Shown piece after piece: positions 19,572 to 29,998 of a stretch of DNA of 64,000 nucleotides. The position numbers and the translations under genes were made by a program. This stretch comes from an uncultured Ignavibacteria bacterium. GTDB taxonomy: Bacteria; Bacteroidota; Ignavibacteria; Tepidaquicellales; OLB5. Positions within the stretch are counted from its first letter, which is position 1, and the number at the start of each line of letters is the position of its first letter. The notes beneath the pieces were generated by a model, which saw only the letters and a program-made list of their open reading frames with translations, did no database searches and was not told the origin of the DNA. The stretch is from assembly GCA_947084945.1 (NCBI GenBank), contig CAMTUP010000007.1:6833-70832 (forward strand), given 5' to 3'.

Positions 19572-21701
19572 ATGGATTTAGAAAATTTAAGTTCTACTGA
19601 AAATATCCTACCCTTTGAAGTACCAGAGATAGTAAATCTTCCATTTAATTATCATTCTGTATTACTTGATCTTAAAAGAATGGATAAAACAGATCTGCAT
19701 GAATTTCTTAAAAAAGTATTGGATGTTGTTTCTAATGCTCTTAAGATAGAACGTGTTTCTATTTGGTTCTTTAATGAAGGCAGAACTTCAATTTATTGCG
19801 ACTATCTGTACTTAAAAAAATTTGGTGAATTTGCCAAAGAATCAATTTTGAATATCAATGATTACCCTTCATATTTTAACGCAATAGAATCAAAATTATT
19901 TATAGCTGCTGATGATGCACAAAATGATCCACAAACAAGTGAGCTTACCGAAAATTATCTTAAACCAAGAGCTATTTTTTCATTAATGGATATACCTATA
20001 CATTATGGCGATCAGGTAATTGGGATCATATGTCACGAAGAACTTGATAAGATAAGAAAATGGAAACGTGAAGAAATAGATTTCACTACAGCAATTTCGT
20101 CATTAGTATCCACTTCACTAGAAATTGACTTCAGGAAAAATAAAGAAAAGGAATATCATGAAAGCCAAAGATTTTTATCTACTCTTATCAGTAATCTGCC
20201 TGGATATGTTTACCGTGTAACAAAAGAAGGCAATACCTGGAAAACGCAGTATATAAGCGATGGCGTGTATGACTTAACCGGGTATCACGCTGAGGAACTT
20301 ATACTCAATAAAGAAGTTTATTATTCATTGATGGTCAACGAATCTGATAAACTGTTCTCAAAGAAAGTTGTAGAAAAGGCATTAGAAGAAAGAAAACCTT
20401 ACCAGATAAATTACAGAATAAGCACAGCCAGCAATGAAATAAAGTGGGTATGGGAGCAAGGGCGAGGTGTTTATTCAGATGTTGGTGAACTGATCGCGAC
20501 TGAAGGCTTTATAACTGATATTACCGAGAAAAAGCTATTTGAAGAAGAAATAATTAAAAAAAACAAAGAACTTTCTGCATTGTATCAATTTGGGAGATCA
20601 TTAAGCAGACTTACAGAACCAACTGCATTGCTGGATGATATAGGTAAAATGTTAGTTAAACTTTTTAGCAGAGAAAACATTTATGTTGCTTTATATAACG
20701 AAGATGATAATATAATATCTTACCCTTTTTACTATGAAGGTAATGAAAGAAAAGAAATATCAAACAGGGCTTTTGGAACAGATTTTACTGAATTTATCAT
20801 AAAATCAAAAAGAGGTGTAATATTAAATGAAAACATTAAAACTTCATTAAACTTAATGGGAATAAATGTGCAGGAAAGTGAAGCAAAATCATTGATTGCT
20901 GCGCCTTTAATAGCAGGTGAAAAGGTAATTGGAGTTATTGTTATACAGGATTATAAATATGAAAATGCTTTTACTCAGAACCAATTAGAATTGCTTACTA
21001 CTATTGGTTCACAAGCAGCAATAGCACTTGAAAATTCATATTTATATACTGAAGTAACCAAGTCTCTGAAGGATAAAGAAATTCTGCTGCAGGAAGTTCA
21101 CCACAGGGTAAAAAATAACCTGCAGGTAATGTCCAGCTTAATTAAACTACAATCAAGATATATTCACGATGAGAAAATGCTTGAGATTCTTAAAGAAACA
21201 GGTGGAAGGATACAATCAATGGCTATTGTTCATTCAAAACTTTACAAAACCAAGAATTATGAATATATTAATTTTGAAGAATATGCAAGAAACCTGATAA
21301 ATAATTTTCAAAGCTTTTATGGATACAAATTAAGAAATATTAAATTTAATATTGATATTCAGGATTTAGAATTTAATATTGATACAGCTATACCCTGTGG
21401 TTTAATAATTAATGAACTAGTATCAAATTCAATTAAATATGCATTCCCAGATAACCGCAGTGGTGAAATATTGTTATCTATTAGTCCTTTAAAAAATAAA
21501 AAATATAAACTTATCGTTAAAGATAATGGTATAGGAGCACCAAAAGGGATAGACTTGAAGAAATCAGATACATTGGGTATAGAACTTGTAACATTACTAA
21601 CCAGGCAATTAAATGGATCAATTGATATAATTTCAGAAATTGACAAGGGAATTGAAGTCAGTATTATATTTGAAGAAGCGATATATAAAACAATGAGATA
21701 A
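19572..21701 (+). CDS. GAF-PAS-GAF sensor histidine kinase (HisKA_2 type)
   Basis: EVHHRVKNNLQ, NELVSNSIKYAF, DNGIG, LGIELV. Confidence 0.93.
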   Translation: MDLENLSSTENILPFEVPEIVNLPFNYHSVLLDLKRMDKTDLHEFLKKVLDVVSNALKIERVSIWFFNEGRTSIYCDYLYLKKFGEFAKESILNINDYPSYFNAIESKLFIAADDAQNDPQTSELTENYLKPRAIFSLMDIPIHYGDQVIGIICHEELDKIRKWKREEIDFTTAISSLVSTSLEIDFRKNKEKEYHESQRFLSTLISNLPGYVYRVTKEGNTWKTQYISDGVYDLTGYHAEELILNKEVYYSLMVNESDKLFSKKVVEKALEERKPYQINYRISTASNEIKWVWEQGRGVYSDVGELIATEGFITDITEKKLFEEEIIKKNKELSALYQFGRSLSRLTEPTALLDDIGKMLVKLFSRENIYVALYNEDDNIISYPFYYEGNERKEISNRAFGTDFTEFIIKSKRGVILNENIKTSLNLMGINVQESEAKSLIAAPLIAGEKVIGVIVIQDYKYENAFTQNQLELLTTIGSQAAIALENSYLYTEVTKSLKDKEILLQEVHHRVKNNLQVMSSLIKLQSRYIHDEKMLEILKETGGRIQSMAIVHSKLYKTKNYEYINFEEYARNLINNFQSFYGYKLRNIKFNIDIQDLEFNIDTAIPCGLIINELVSNSIKYAFPDNRSGEILLSISPLKNKKYKLIVKDNGIGAPKGIDLKKSDTLGIELVTLLTRQLNGSIDIISEIDKGIEVSIIFEEAIYKTMR

Positions 21702-21712
21702 AACAATTATGT

Positions 21713-22132
21713 TTATTCACCAATAATTTTAAGCAATACTCTTTTATTTCTTTTACCATCAAATTCACCATAGAATATCTGCTCCCATGGTCCGAAATCA
21801 AGTTTTCCATTTGTAACTGCAACTACCACTTCCCTGCCCATAATTGATCGTTTCAAATGCGCATCAGCATTATCTTCACCTGTATCATTATGCCTGTACT
21901 GGGCATATGGTTTTTCAGGTGCAAGTTTTTCAAGCCACTTATCAAAATCTGAATGCAACCCCTGTTCATCATCGTTAACAAAAACACTTGCTGTTATATG
22001 CATAGCATTGCATAATATAATGCCTTCTTTAATACCGCTATCCGTTAAACAGCTTTCAACTTGAGGAGTAATATTCAAATATGCCCTTCTTGAAGGTATT
22101 TTGAACCATAATTCTTTTCTGTATGACTTCAT
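21713..22132 (-). CDS. yjbQ: YjbQ/UPF0047 family protein
   Basis: [28 protein letters not shown]. Confidence 0.9.
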   Translation of the reverse strand: MKSYRKELWFKIPSRRAYLNITPQVESCLTDSGIKEGIILCNAMHITASVFVNDDEQGLHSDFDKWLEKLAPEKPYAQYRHNDTGEDNADAHLKRSIMGREVVVAVTNGKLDFGPWEQIFYGEFDGKRNKRVLLKIIGE

Positions 22133-22352
22133 TTGATATTAATAATAAAATTACCTGTAAATTTAATGATTATAATGTTAAAATTTTATGCAATTTCTTA
22201 GAATCGGAATAAACAAATAAGTAATACATTTACTATTTATAAACAGTTTTACATTTATAAAAAAATCCATAAATTGATATTTATCAGATACTTTTTTATG
22301 TATCAAGAAAGTATTAATCTTATTATTTTTGTAATGAAAAGGTTAACTAAAG

Positions 22353-23576
22353 ATGAAACAGAAACTAGTAGTATTAGGAAGTGGTTTCGGCGCTTTTGCT
22401 TGTTTAAAAGAACTTGATACCACACTATATGATGTAAAAATTATCAGCCCTCGCAATCACTTTCTATTTACCTGTCTGCTTCCCAGCACAACTGTAGGCA
22501 CTATTGAATTCCGAAGTATAATCGAACCCATCAGGAATATCAAGAATGCTACATATATTCAGTCATACTGCAAAATAATTGATGAGAATACAAAAAAATT
22601 ATATTGTGAAGATAGCGATACTAAAAATAAATTTGTTATAGATTATGATATACTTCTAATATCTGTTGGTGAGGTTACAAACTCATATAATATTAAGGGC
22701 GTTGAACAAAATTCCTACTTTCTACGTGAAATTGCAGATGCCCGAAGAATTAGGATAAAGGTAATTGATTGTTTCGAGAATGCCTCGATTCCGGGTATCA
22801 CTGATGAAGAACGAAAAAGTTATTTAAGATTTTTTGTATGCGGAGGGGGTCCAACCGGTGTTGAGTTTGCCGCAGAACTGCATGATTTCATAGAAGAAGA
22901 TGTGAGGAAAAAGTACCCGGGACTTGATGATGATATAGAAGTAATATTGATCGAAGCCGGCGATAAATTGCTGAATTCATTTGACGCTAAGTTAAGTGAA
23001 TATACTTTGAAGATATTTAAGAGACAGAAAATAAATGTTAAGACAAATTCATACATTACTAAAGTCTCAGAAAATGAAATATTTGTGAATGACGGCAGTC
23101 ATTACAACTATGGGCTCTTAGTTTGGGCTGCCGGTAATACCGCAACTGCTCTTATAAAAGATTCCAGCCTTCATAAGAACAAAAAAGATAAATTAGTAAT
23201 TGATCATTACCTTAAGGTTAGCGGAACTGATAGTATTTATGCAATAGGTGACTGCACAGAGATTCCCGATGAACCATACCCTGTAACAGCGCAAACTGCA
23301 CAATCTCAGGGTAAATATATTGGTAAATGTTTAAATAAACTGGCAAAGGGTAAAAAGGTAAAACCGTTTGAATATAGAGATCTTGGGATGCTTGCGTATA
23401 TTGGTTCTCACAAGGCTATTGCTAATACAAATCAGTTTAAAGGAAGCGGATTTGTAACATGGATATTCTGGCGCAGCGTGTATATTACAAAGCTTGTAAG
23501 CCTGAAAAATAAAATACTTGTACTGTTTGACTGGTTCAAAACATTTGTCTTTGGAAGGGATGTAAGTAATTTTTAA
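22353..23576 (+). CDS. ndh: Type II NADH dehydrogenase
   Basis: LGSGFG, GGGPTGVEFAAE, AIGDC, GMLAYIG. Confidence 0.9.
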   Translation: MKQKLVVLGSGFGAFACLKELDTTLYDVKIISPRNHFLFTCLLPSTTVGTIEFRSIIEPIRNIKNATYIQSYCKIIDENTKKLYCEDSDTKNKFVIDYDILLISVGEVTNSYNIKGVEQNSYFLREIADARRIRIKVIDCFENASIPGITDEERKSYLRFFVCGGGPTGVEFAAELHDFIEEDVRKKYPGLDDDIEVILIEAGDKLLNSFDAKLSEYTLKIFKRQKINVKTNSYITKVSENEIFVNDGSHYNYGLLVWAAGNTATALIKDSSLHKNKKDKLVIDHYLKVSGTDSIYAIGDCTEIPDEPYPVTAQTAQSQGKYIGKCLNKLAKGKKVKPFEYRDLGMLAYIGSHKAIANTNQFKGSGFVTWIFWRSVYITKLVSLKNKILVLFDWFKTFVFGRDVSNF

Positions 23577-23586
23577 ACTGTAAAAT

Positions 23587-23624
23587 TGTCATTCCTGGCT
23601 CACTTTAGTCGGAAGCAGGAATCT
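23587..23624. repeat. GTCATTCC-type REP with expanded loop
   Basis: TGTCATTCCTG...CAGGAATCT; other copies at 17509, 17742, 56148, 57031, degenerate at ~38778. Confidence 0.75.
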
Positions 23625-23651
23625 TATATAAAAAAACCTGAATATTTTGAT

Positions 23652-24977
23652 TTAAGGCAATAATTTTAATTCACTATCTACATCATTACCTTCTTCAGAA
23701 CGTTCAATTATTCGTTGATCAATTGATCTATTATTTTTGACACCTAATGATTTTAAATTTTCTGCACGTGAAATAATATTCCCTCTTCCATCAGCCAATT
23801 TTTTCATTGCTTCTTCATATGATTTCTTCGCATCATCCATTCTTGTACCAACTTTAATAAGGTCTTCTACAAAAGCAGAAAGTTTATCATATAATTCTCC
23901 ACCTTTTTTAGCAATATCCAATGCATTCTTATTTTGTTTTTCCTGTTTCCAGATGCTTGAAATTGTTCTTAGTGTTGCAAGTAACGTTGATGGACTAACT
24001 ATTATAATGTTTTTCTCAAACGCATCATAGAATAAAGCTGCATCGTTTTGGACAGCAAGCGCAAATGCAGGTTCAATTGGTAAGAACATGAGTACAAAAT
24101 CAAGGCTTTTCAAACCATATAGATTCTGGTAATCTTTTGGACTTAATCCTTTGATATGTCTTCTGATAGAATTAATGTGCTCACTAAGAGCCTTTTCCTT
24201 TATAACCTTATCATCACTAGAACAATACGCTTCATAAGCGGTTAATGATACTTTAGAATCAATTATCATGCTCTTATAATCAGGCATATTAACTATAACA
24301 TCAGGTCTTAAATTTGTGCCATCCTCGGATTTCATTGTTTCCTGGATAACAAATTCACGTCCTTTTACCAATCCTGATTTTTCAAGGATGCTTTCCAGTA
24401 TATATTCGCCCCAGTTACCCTGAGCTTTTGTATCACCTTTTAAAGCACGTGTTAGGTTGTTTGCTTCCTCTGACATTTGTTTATTAAGTTCGTGCAAAGA
24501 TTTAAGTTGTTCAGCAAGCGCAGCACGGTCTTTTGTACCGCTTATATATACATCGTTTACCTTCTTTTCAAAATCAGTAATTCTTTCTTTTAATGGTGTT
24601 AATATATTATCCAGATTCTCTTTATTCTGTTCGGTGAATTTCCTGCTTTTATCCTCAAGTATCTTTCCTGCAAGATTCTCAAATTCATTAATAAATTTTG
24701 CCTGTATATTTTCAAGTTCTTTTTTCTGTTCTGTTAGTTTTTCCTCTAAGTTCTTATACTTCTCATTTGAAGCAGCAAGGTCACTACTTAATTTAATTAC
24801 ATTATTTCTTTCCTTTTCAGTTTCTGACCTGCTATCATTAATTTGCTTTTCCTTCTCAGTTAAAGCTTTATCTTTTTCCTCAATTTTTGAAACAAGAGCA
24901 GATTGTTTGCTCTTGGCAACAAAGAATCCAAGCAAAAACACTACAATTACTCCTGCTATTAATAATATTATTTCCAT
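23652..24977 (-). CDS. rmuC: DNA recombination protein RmuC
   Basis: QGNWGE, LRPDVIV, IDSKVSL, DFVLMFLPIE, SPSTLLATL. Confidence 0.95.
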   Translation of the reverse strand: MEIILLIAGVIVVFLLGFFVAKSKQSALVSKIEEKDKALTEKEKQINDSRSETEKERNNVIKLSSDLAASNEKYKNLEEKLTEQKKELENIQAKFINEFENLAGKILEDKSRKFTEQNKENLDNILTPLKERITDFEKKVNDVYISGTKDRAALAEQLKSLHELNKQMSEEANNLTRALKGDTKAQGNWGEYILESILEKSGLVKGREFVIQETMKSEDGTNLRPDVIVNMPDYKSMIIDSKVSLTAYEAYCSSDDKVIKEKALSEHINSIRRHIKGLSPKDYQNLYGLKSLDFVLMFLPIEPAFALAVQNDAALFYDAFEKNIIIVSPSTLLATLRTISSIWKQEKQNKNALDIAKKGGELYDKLSAFVEDLIKVGTRMDDAKKSYEEAMKKLADGRGNIISRAENLKSLGVKNNRSIDQRIIERSEEGNDVDSELKLLP

Positions 24978-24985
24978 TTGTGTTT

Positions 24986-25819
24986 TTATTTCCCTTTTTT
25001 CTCTTTTGCTTCTTCAAGATACTTGCTCATTGTTTCCTTAAGTGATGGGTCAATTCGCAGCCCTTTATTCATATTCAGTATAGCATTATCATAATCACCT
25101 TTATACAGGTATGCAATACCCATCCTGCAAAAAGCTTCGGCTGACATGGGGTCAAGCTCTACCGCTTTATTAAAATCAGCAATAGCTTCATCATACTTTT
25201 CCATTTCCCTGTAAATAGCGCCGCGGGTATTATAGACATCTACCCTGTTTGGACCCAGCTCAACAGCTTTGTTCAGGTCATTTATTGCCCCTGTGGTATC
25301 ACCATTGAAGAGCCTCATTGAGCCACGGTTTTTGTATGAATCAACATTATCTGGTTCGGTCTTAATGGCTTTATCAAGATAAGCTATGGCTTCTGATGTT
25401 TTTCCATCACCATAATATATCACGGCAATTGAATTCATTGAAATAACATCCTTTGGATTTAGCTCCAATGCCTTATTATAATTTTTTAGAGCTTCTTCAC
25501 CATTGAGCATATACACATAAACTGTTCCTCTGCCGCTGTATGCCCTGTAATTCCTGGGGTCTATTAAAATAGCTTTTTCAAAATCACTTAATGCATCTTT
25601 AATTTTCTTTAGAAATATTGCAGTATTACCCCGGGCTATAAATCCTTTTGCGCTATCTGGATTATATTCAATATACTTAGTGTAATTGAAATACGCATCA
25701 GTAAATCTTCCATCTCGGAAATCCTGCTCACCCTGAGTATAGAGTATTTCAGATTCCTGCCCATAAACTAAATTGCCAACAAACAAAATTAATAATAATA
25801 ATATCTTCTTGTGGATCAT
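24986..25819 (-). CDS. Exported TPR-repeat protein
   Basis: Signal peptide; multiple A..DFNKA.ELDP TPR units. Confidence 0.88.
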   Translation of the reverse strand: MIHKKILLLLILFVGNLVYGQESEILYTQGEQDFRDGRFTDAYFNYTKYIEYNPDSAKGFIARGNTAIFLKKIKDALSDFEKAILIDPRNYRAYSGRGTVYVYMLNGEEALKNYNKALELNPKDVISMNSIAVIYYGDGKTSEAIAYLDKAIKTEPDNVDSYKNRGSMRLFNGDTTGAINDLNKAVELGPNRVDVYNTRGAIYREMEKYDEAIADFNKAVELDPMSAEAFCRMGIAYLYKGDYDNAILNMNKGLRIDPSLKETMSKYLEEAKEKKGK

Positions 25820-25833
25820 GTAATGATACTTAA

Positions 25834-26247
25834 TTATGATGTTTTAGATTTAATTAATTCGCTTACCATTCTGCCGTCATAAAGTCCGTTATATTTTTCT
25901 TTAAAATACGGCATTATTTCCTTCATTGTCTTGCCTTCACCAATTAGCCCGGTTACAATTTTTTCTATCTCTTCTTTACCTAATTGAGTTGGCAGGTAAG
26001 CGCCGAGTATCTTTTTTTCTTCAATTAATTTATTTTTAGCATCATCTGAAATAGAAAATGACATCGTTTCATCTGCATTTTTTATGAATTTACGGATTAT
26101 TTTAAATTCATCATCTTCGGTCATTTCTTTACCGCTTTTTGATTGAGTAAACATCTCTGCATACAAAGTTGAAAGCAAATTAGCTTTTACTGTTTCCTTT
26201 GCTATTTTCGCGTTTTGCATATCCTTACGGATGGTTTCTATAAGCAT
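25834..26247 (-). CDS. GatB/YqeY domain protein
   Basis: E.KIL..YLPTQL..EEI; DG..VS..IK. Confidence 0.85.
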   Translation of the reverse strand: MLIETIRKDMQNAKIAKETVKANLLSTLYAEMFTQSKSGKEMTEDDEFKIIRKFIKNADETMSFSISDDAKNKLIEEKKILGAYLPTQLGKEEIEKIVTGLIGEGKTMKEIMPYFKEKYNGLYDGRMVSELIKSKTS

Positions 26248-26444
26248 TAATTTCTCCTTTAATTTGCAAAGATAATAAGCTGTTAATGAAGATAAAATGC
26301 ATTAAAATAAAAGGTTAAAATCTTGAAAAGTTAAAAGGTTAGAAGTTCGTAAAGTTTTAATAGTTTGAAAGTTTTTAACAATATTTTATATTATCACTAT
26401 TTCACTATTTAGCTATTTCTCTATATCGCTATATCACTATCTTA

Positions 26445-26975
26445 CTATTTCGCTGATTGCTGCTTTGCAACTTCTTCCCATGATTTTGGAGAGAAGAAAC
26501 TGTATGTTTCACGCCTGTATGTAGCATAATAGGCATATCCCCATATAGGAGTATTGGGATAATAATAAAGATATCCGGTACTAAGATCAATAGCCGAAGG
26601 AAACTCAGCAGCCGCAAAATGCTTTGGGCAATATAGATTTAAAAAACCTGCAAGCTCAGATGATAGATTTTCAGTAATTATAAGCGGATAAACAACCATC
26701 ATTGCTCCAAAACCCAACGGCATACCGCTTCTGTGTCTGTTGGCAAGTGAATACATTTTTTCGCTGAATACGCGTAATTCCTGCCCTGTCGCCCCTTCAG
26801 GCATATATTTCACACAAATGTAACAATCAACCTTGCCAAATTTTGTTACTTCTACCCTGCTTCGCTTAAATACTCTATCAGTACCTGCATCTGAATTTAC
26901 GGTTATATGCTCAAATCCATAAAACTTAAGCCATCCATCAAGCATTTCAAAATATTTGTCAGATCTTTGTGACAT
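26445..26975 (-). CDS. Hypothetical protein
   Basis: ORF from MSQRSDK; the longer predicted N-terminus falls in a MITE copy. Confidence 0.7.
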   Translation of the reverse strand: MSQRSDKYFEMLDGWLKFYGFEHITVNSDAGTDRVFKRSRVEVTKFGKVDCYICVKYMPEGATGQELRVFSEKMYSLANRHRSGMPLGFGAMMVVYPLIITENLSSELAGFLNLYCPKHFAAAEFPSAIDLSTGYLYYYPNTPIWGYAYYATYRRETYSFFSPKSWEEVAKQQSAK

Positions 26976-27004
26976 AATTAAATTTTTAGTATTATATATA
27001 TTTC

Positions 27005-27114
27005 TAACACACCTTACACATATAACATGATGCACAGACAGGAATGTCTGTGTTACTAACTCTCTTTACGCTCTAAAAAACAGGTTAGGCGAAAATGTTG
27101 CATAAAGTGAATTA
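27005..27114. mobile_element. Degenerate copy of the 108-bp MITE-like family
   Basis: Colinear with 35133-35240; central CACAGACAGGAATGTCTGTG intact. Confidence 0.8.
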
Positions 27115-27336
27115 CTAAAATATATTAAAATATTAGTGAATGAAATGAATAAATCTACTACCTGCCCTAAAAGATAGTATCCATTTTAAAATACTTAAAT
27201 ATTTAATACAACACATTTACTAAAAATCAGAATTTGTACATTGTAAATATACTGTAGATTTACAACCTTTAGAAGGCTGTATTCCTAGAAATAGCAGGCA
27301 TAAAACCTATATTAGCTGTCGATTTTAGTTAAAACA

Positions 27337-27379
27337 AAAGGCTGTCATTCTACAGAGTTAACGAGAATATCAGCCTTTT
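27337..27379 (-). terminator. Terminator hairpin
   Basis: AAAAGGCTG/CAGCCTTTT stem after a T9SS gene. Confidence 0.65.
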
Positions 27380-27408
27380 CTAAAGGAGGAGAAAAATCGG
27401 GAAAATTA

Positions 27409-29966
27409 TTATTTGATTAATACCATTTTTTTAGAATCAGTAAATTTGCCTGCTTTAATAGAATATATATATATTCCACTTGCAAAATTTGAACCATCAA
27501 AAGTAACGTTATAAATTCCTTTAGTTTTAAATTCATTATTTAAAAGAGTAGCAATTTCTCTACCTAATAAATCATACACTTTTATTGTAACATAAGTTCC
27601 AAACGGTATACTAAACTTCAAGTTCGTTAAAGGATTAAACGGATTTGGGTAGTTATCAAACACTTTAAATGATAAGGGATGATTTTGATAACTATTTTGG
27701 TTCATTCTGGTTGAAATATTATCTGTACCACCAGGCTGATTGTATCTACCGTTAGTTTCGAGAATAAAATCTCTTATGTAACCTGTTTGGAAGGAGCGAT
27801 AACGTTGAATTTTAGGGTAATTATTGCAGTACTATCTAATTCAGAATAATTATTATCAATACTGGTTAGAAGAGTCTTAACATCTCCAATTACTGAATGT
27901 TCAGCTTCCGCTAGATTTAATTCTGTTATGTCGAATCCACTATACATGATAGGCACGACAGAGAAATACGTTACCTTGTAATCACTAAACCAATTGACAT
28001 CAATGTGATCTACTGCATCAGCCGATTCACCAGCGAAGGGAACAATAACTACTGAGCTAAGTTCACGTCTTGAGAATTTTCTTTGGTATGAATCTGCATT
28101 TGTATATACTACAACATCACCTGCATAGTCTTTTGCTGGTGAAGGAAACCAAATTCTATCACCATCTCCTATTTCACCGATTAATGCAATACTATCAACT
28201 GTGCTATTATCGCCAAATTCCTGATATTTTTTACGGATATAACCAATAGCTCTTAATTGTTCACTTTCGTCAAAATGAGCATAAATACTGTCCCCTTTGT
28301 TACCTGTAAGCACTTTTTTACCCTGTGCATTATACTGTATTAAAGAAGTAATATTTGTTGTGCCGTTTAAGCTAGCATCATCTGTTGACTGAACAGAACC
28401 ATCATCATACATTACAATATCATTAGATTCGGTAACACCTACTTTTGTACCTACAGGGTGGTCAACAGCATATAGTTTTAATTGATCAAAATAATCATAA
28501 TCATTTTCAGTTTCTCCTACCATAATAGAGAGTTTATCATTAATAGGAACTGGATTTATATTTAATTTATATAAATCTTTAATATCTTGTCCGATATATT
28601 CTTGAAATTCAGAACGATGCAATATATTATTATCCAATAAGTATCCGCCTGTAGTATCACCATTGTAAACAGAAATCCAAGGACAACCACCAGCTGAAGT
28701 TAAGTAACCTAAAATTTTAGCTCGGCCACTTTGACTAGTTGCCAAAACAGTTCTTTTGTCTTCTAAAAAATGTCCGTATCCACCCACTTGAAATTTATCG
28801 TTAATATTAATTGTCCACTGGCAGTTACCATAATTTCCAAAACAATAAGGTGTTCCGCTATTGCTGTAGATTAAATCCCAACTTCCACCTTGAATGCTGT
28901 ACTGCTGAAGTAATAATTTCCCTGTTGATTTTTCAATAGTTAGTAATTGATCTCTAGTATAACAAGGAAAATTAATGCACAACCGTCCAACATATGTATT
29001 GTACCCTGGCGACGGAATGGGTATTTGCCAATTACCTATCCACCCGCTTCTATTGTTATCCCATACTGTTACCCAATTACCATTTTGAAATTTTAATAAT
29101 TTTGCTCTTTTATGCTGCAATGTAGGGCTATAACCTTGATTGTAAATTAGCAGTTCATCCTTATATCCTCCATCAAAATCAGCGACTTCATATCTATCAA
29201 CACCTCCAACTATATCCCAACCTGCAATAAATCCATAAATATTATTCCATACTCTAGACCATGTTGCCGAATTAGTCTGCCAATCATAATTAAAATTTAA
29301 TAAATTCAGATAACCATCATTTTCTTCACCATTCCAAAATTTTGTAATACATAAAACTTCTTTACCTGTTGAATTTCCCTCCCTCCATTCTTGAGTGTTA
29401 AAATTACCTGGTAAAAAATTAGTCGTGTTTATATCTACATCCCAAGAAGGATTTCCAATCTTACCATTTCCATTATTTGTCCAGATGTAATTCCAAGAAT
29501 GTGTATAGGGTTCGTATGGTGGCGCTAATATATACGCCCAGTTAGTATTGTCATTTATAACAAGTAAAAAGTTTGTATTATCGAGATAGTTATTAAAGTT
29601 ATATACATACATCCCAATTGTATAAAAGCGTGTTGCCGCATTTATTATAGAATTATTTCCTGACCAATAGGTGCACCAACCGTTTTGCGGACTACAACTA
29701 TGAGACGGGAAACCGTAATTGATTAAGTTCACAGTGCTCCCATTGCTAAATAATATTTTATATTGGTCATTATAAGGATTTGTAAAATAATCTGTTTTTC
29801 GGACATTAAAATTGCTTAATGGATAAACCCCAATATAGCCTATTCCAGGATTCATTTGTTCGTTATTGTATATTACGTTCCATTGTGCCTGTGAATTTGG
29901 GATTAAAATAAAACAAGTTGTTAGAAGTAAAAAAAAAGCCGCTTTAGTAATTTTTGACTTTTTCAT
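27409..29966 (-). pseudogene. Large T9SS-secreted protein split by a 1-nt frameshift near 27785-27792 (pseudogene or sequencing error)
   Basis: After IAPS the shifted frame reads TGYIRDFILETNGRYNQPGGTDNISTRMNQN and joins ORF 27409-27705, which carries the T9SS domain. Confidence 0.8.
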
Positions 29967-29998
29967 TCTGCCTCCTATAATTTAAAGTTTAAGAAATC

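Noticed and set aside
21713-22132. YjbQ as part of the thiamine regulon
   Set aside because: 17 kb from the thi operon with no TPP riboswitch upstream
24457-25041. 194-aa plus-strand ORF and other antisense ORFs in the track (e.g. 57586-58086, 12702-13079)
   Set aside because: Shadows of well-supported opposite-strand genes, with S/F/L-biased composition
26976-27035. N-terminal extension MHHVICVRCVR as a Cys motif
   Set aside because: Derived from the MITE copy at 27005-27114
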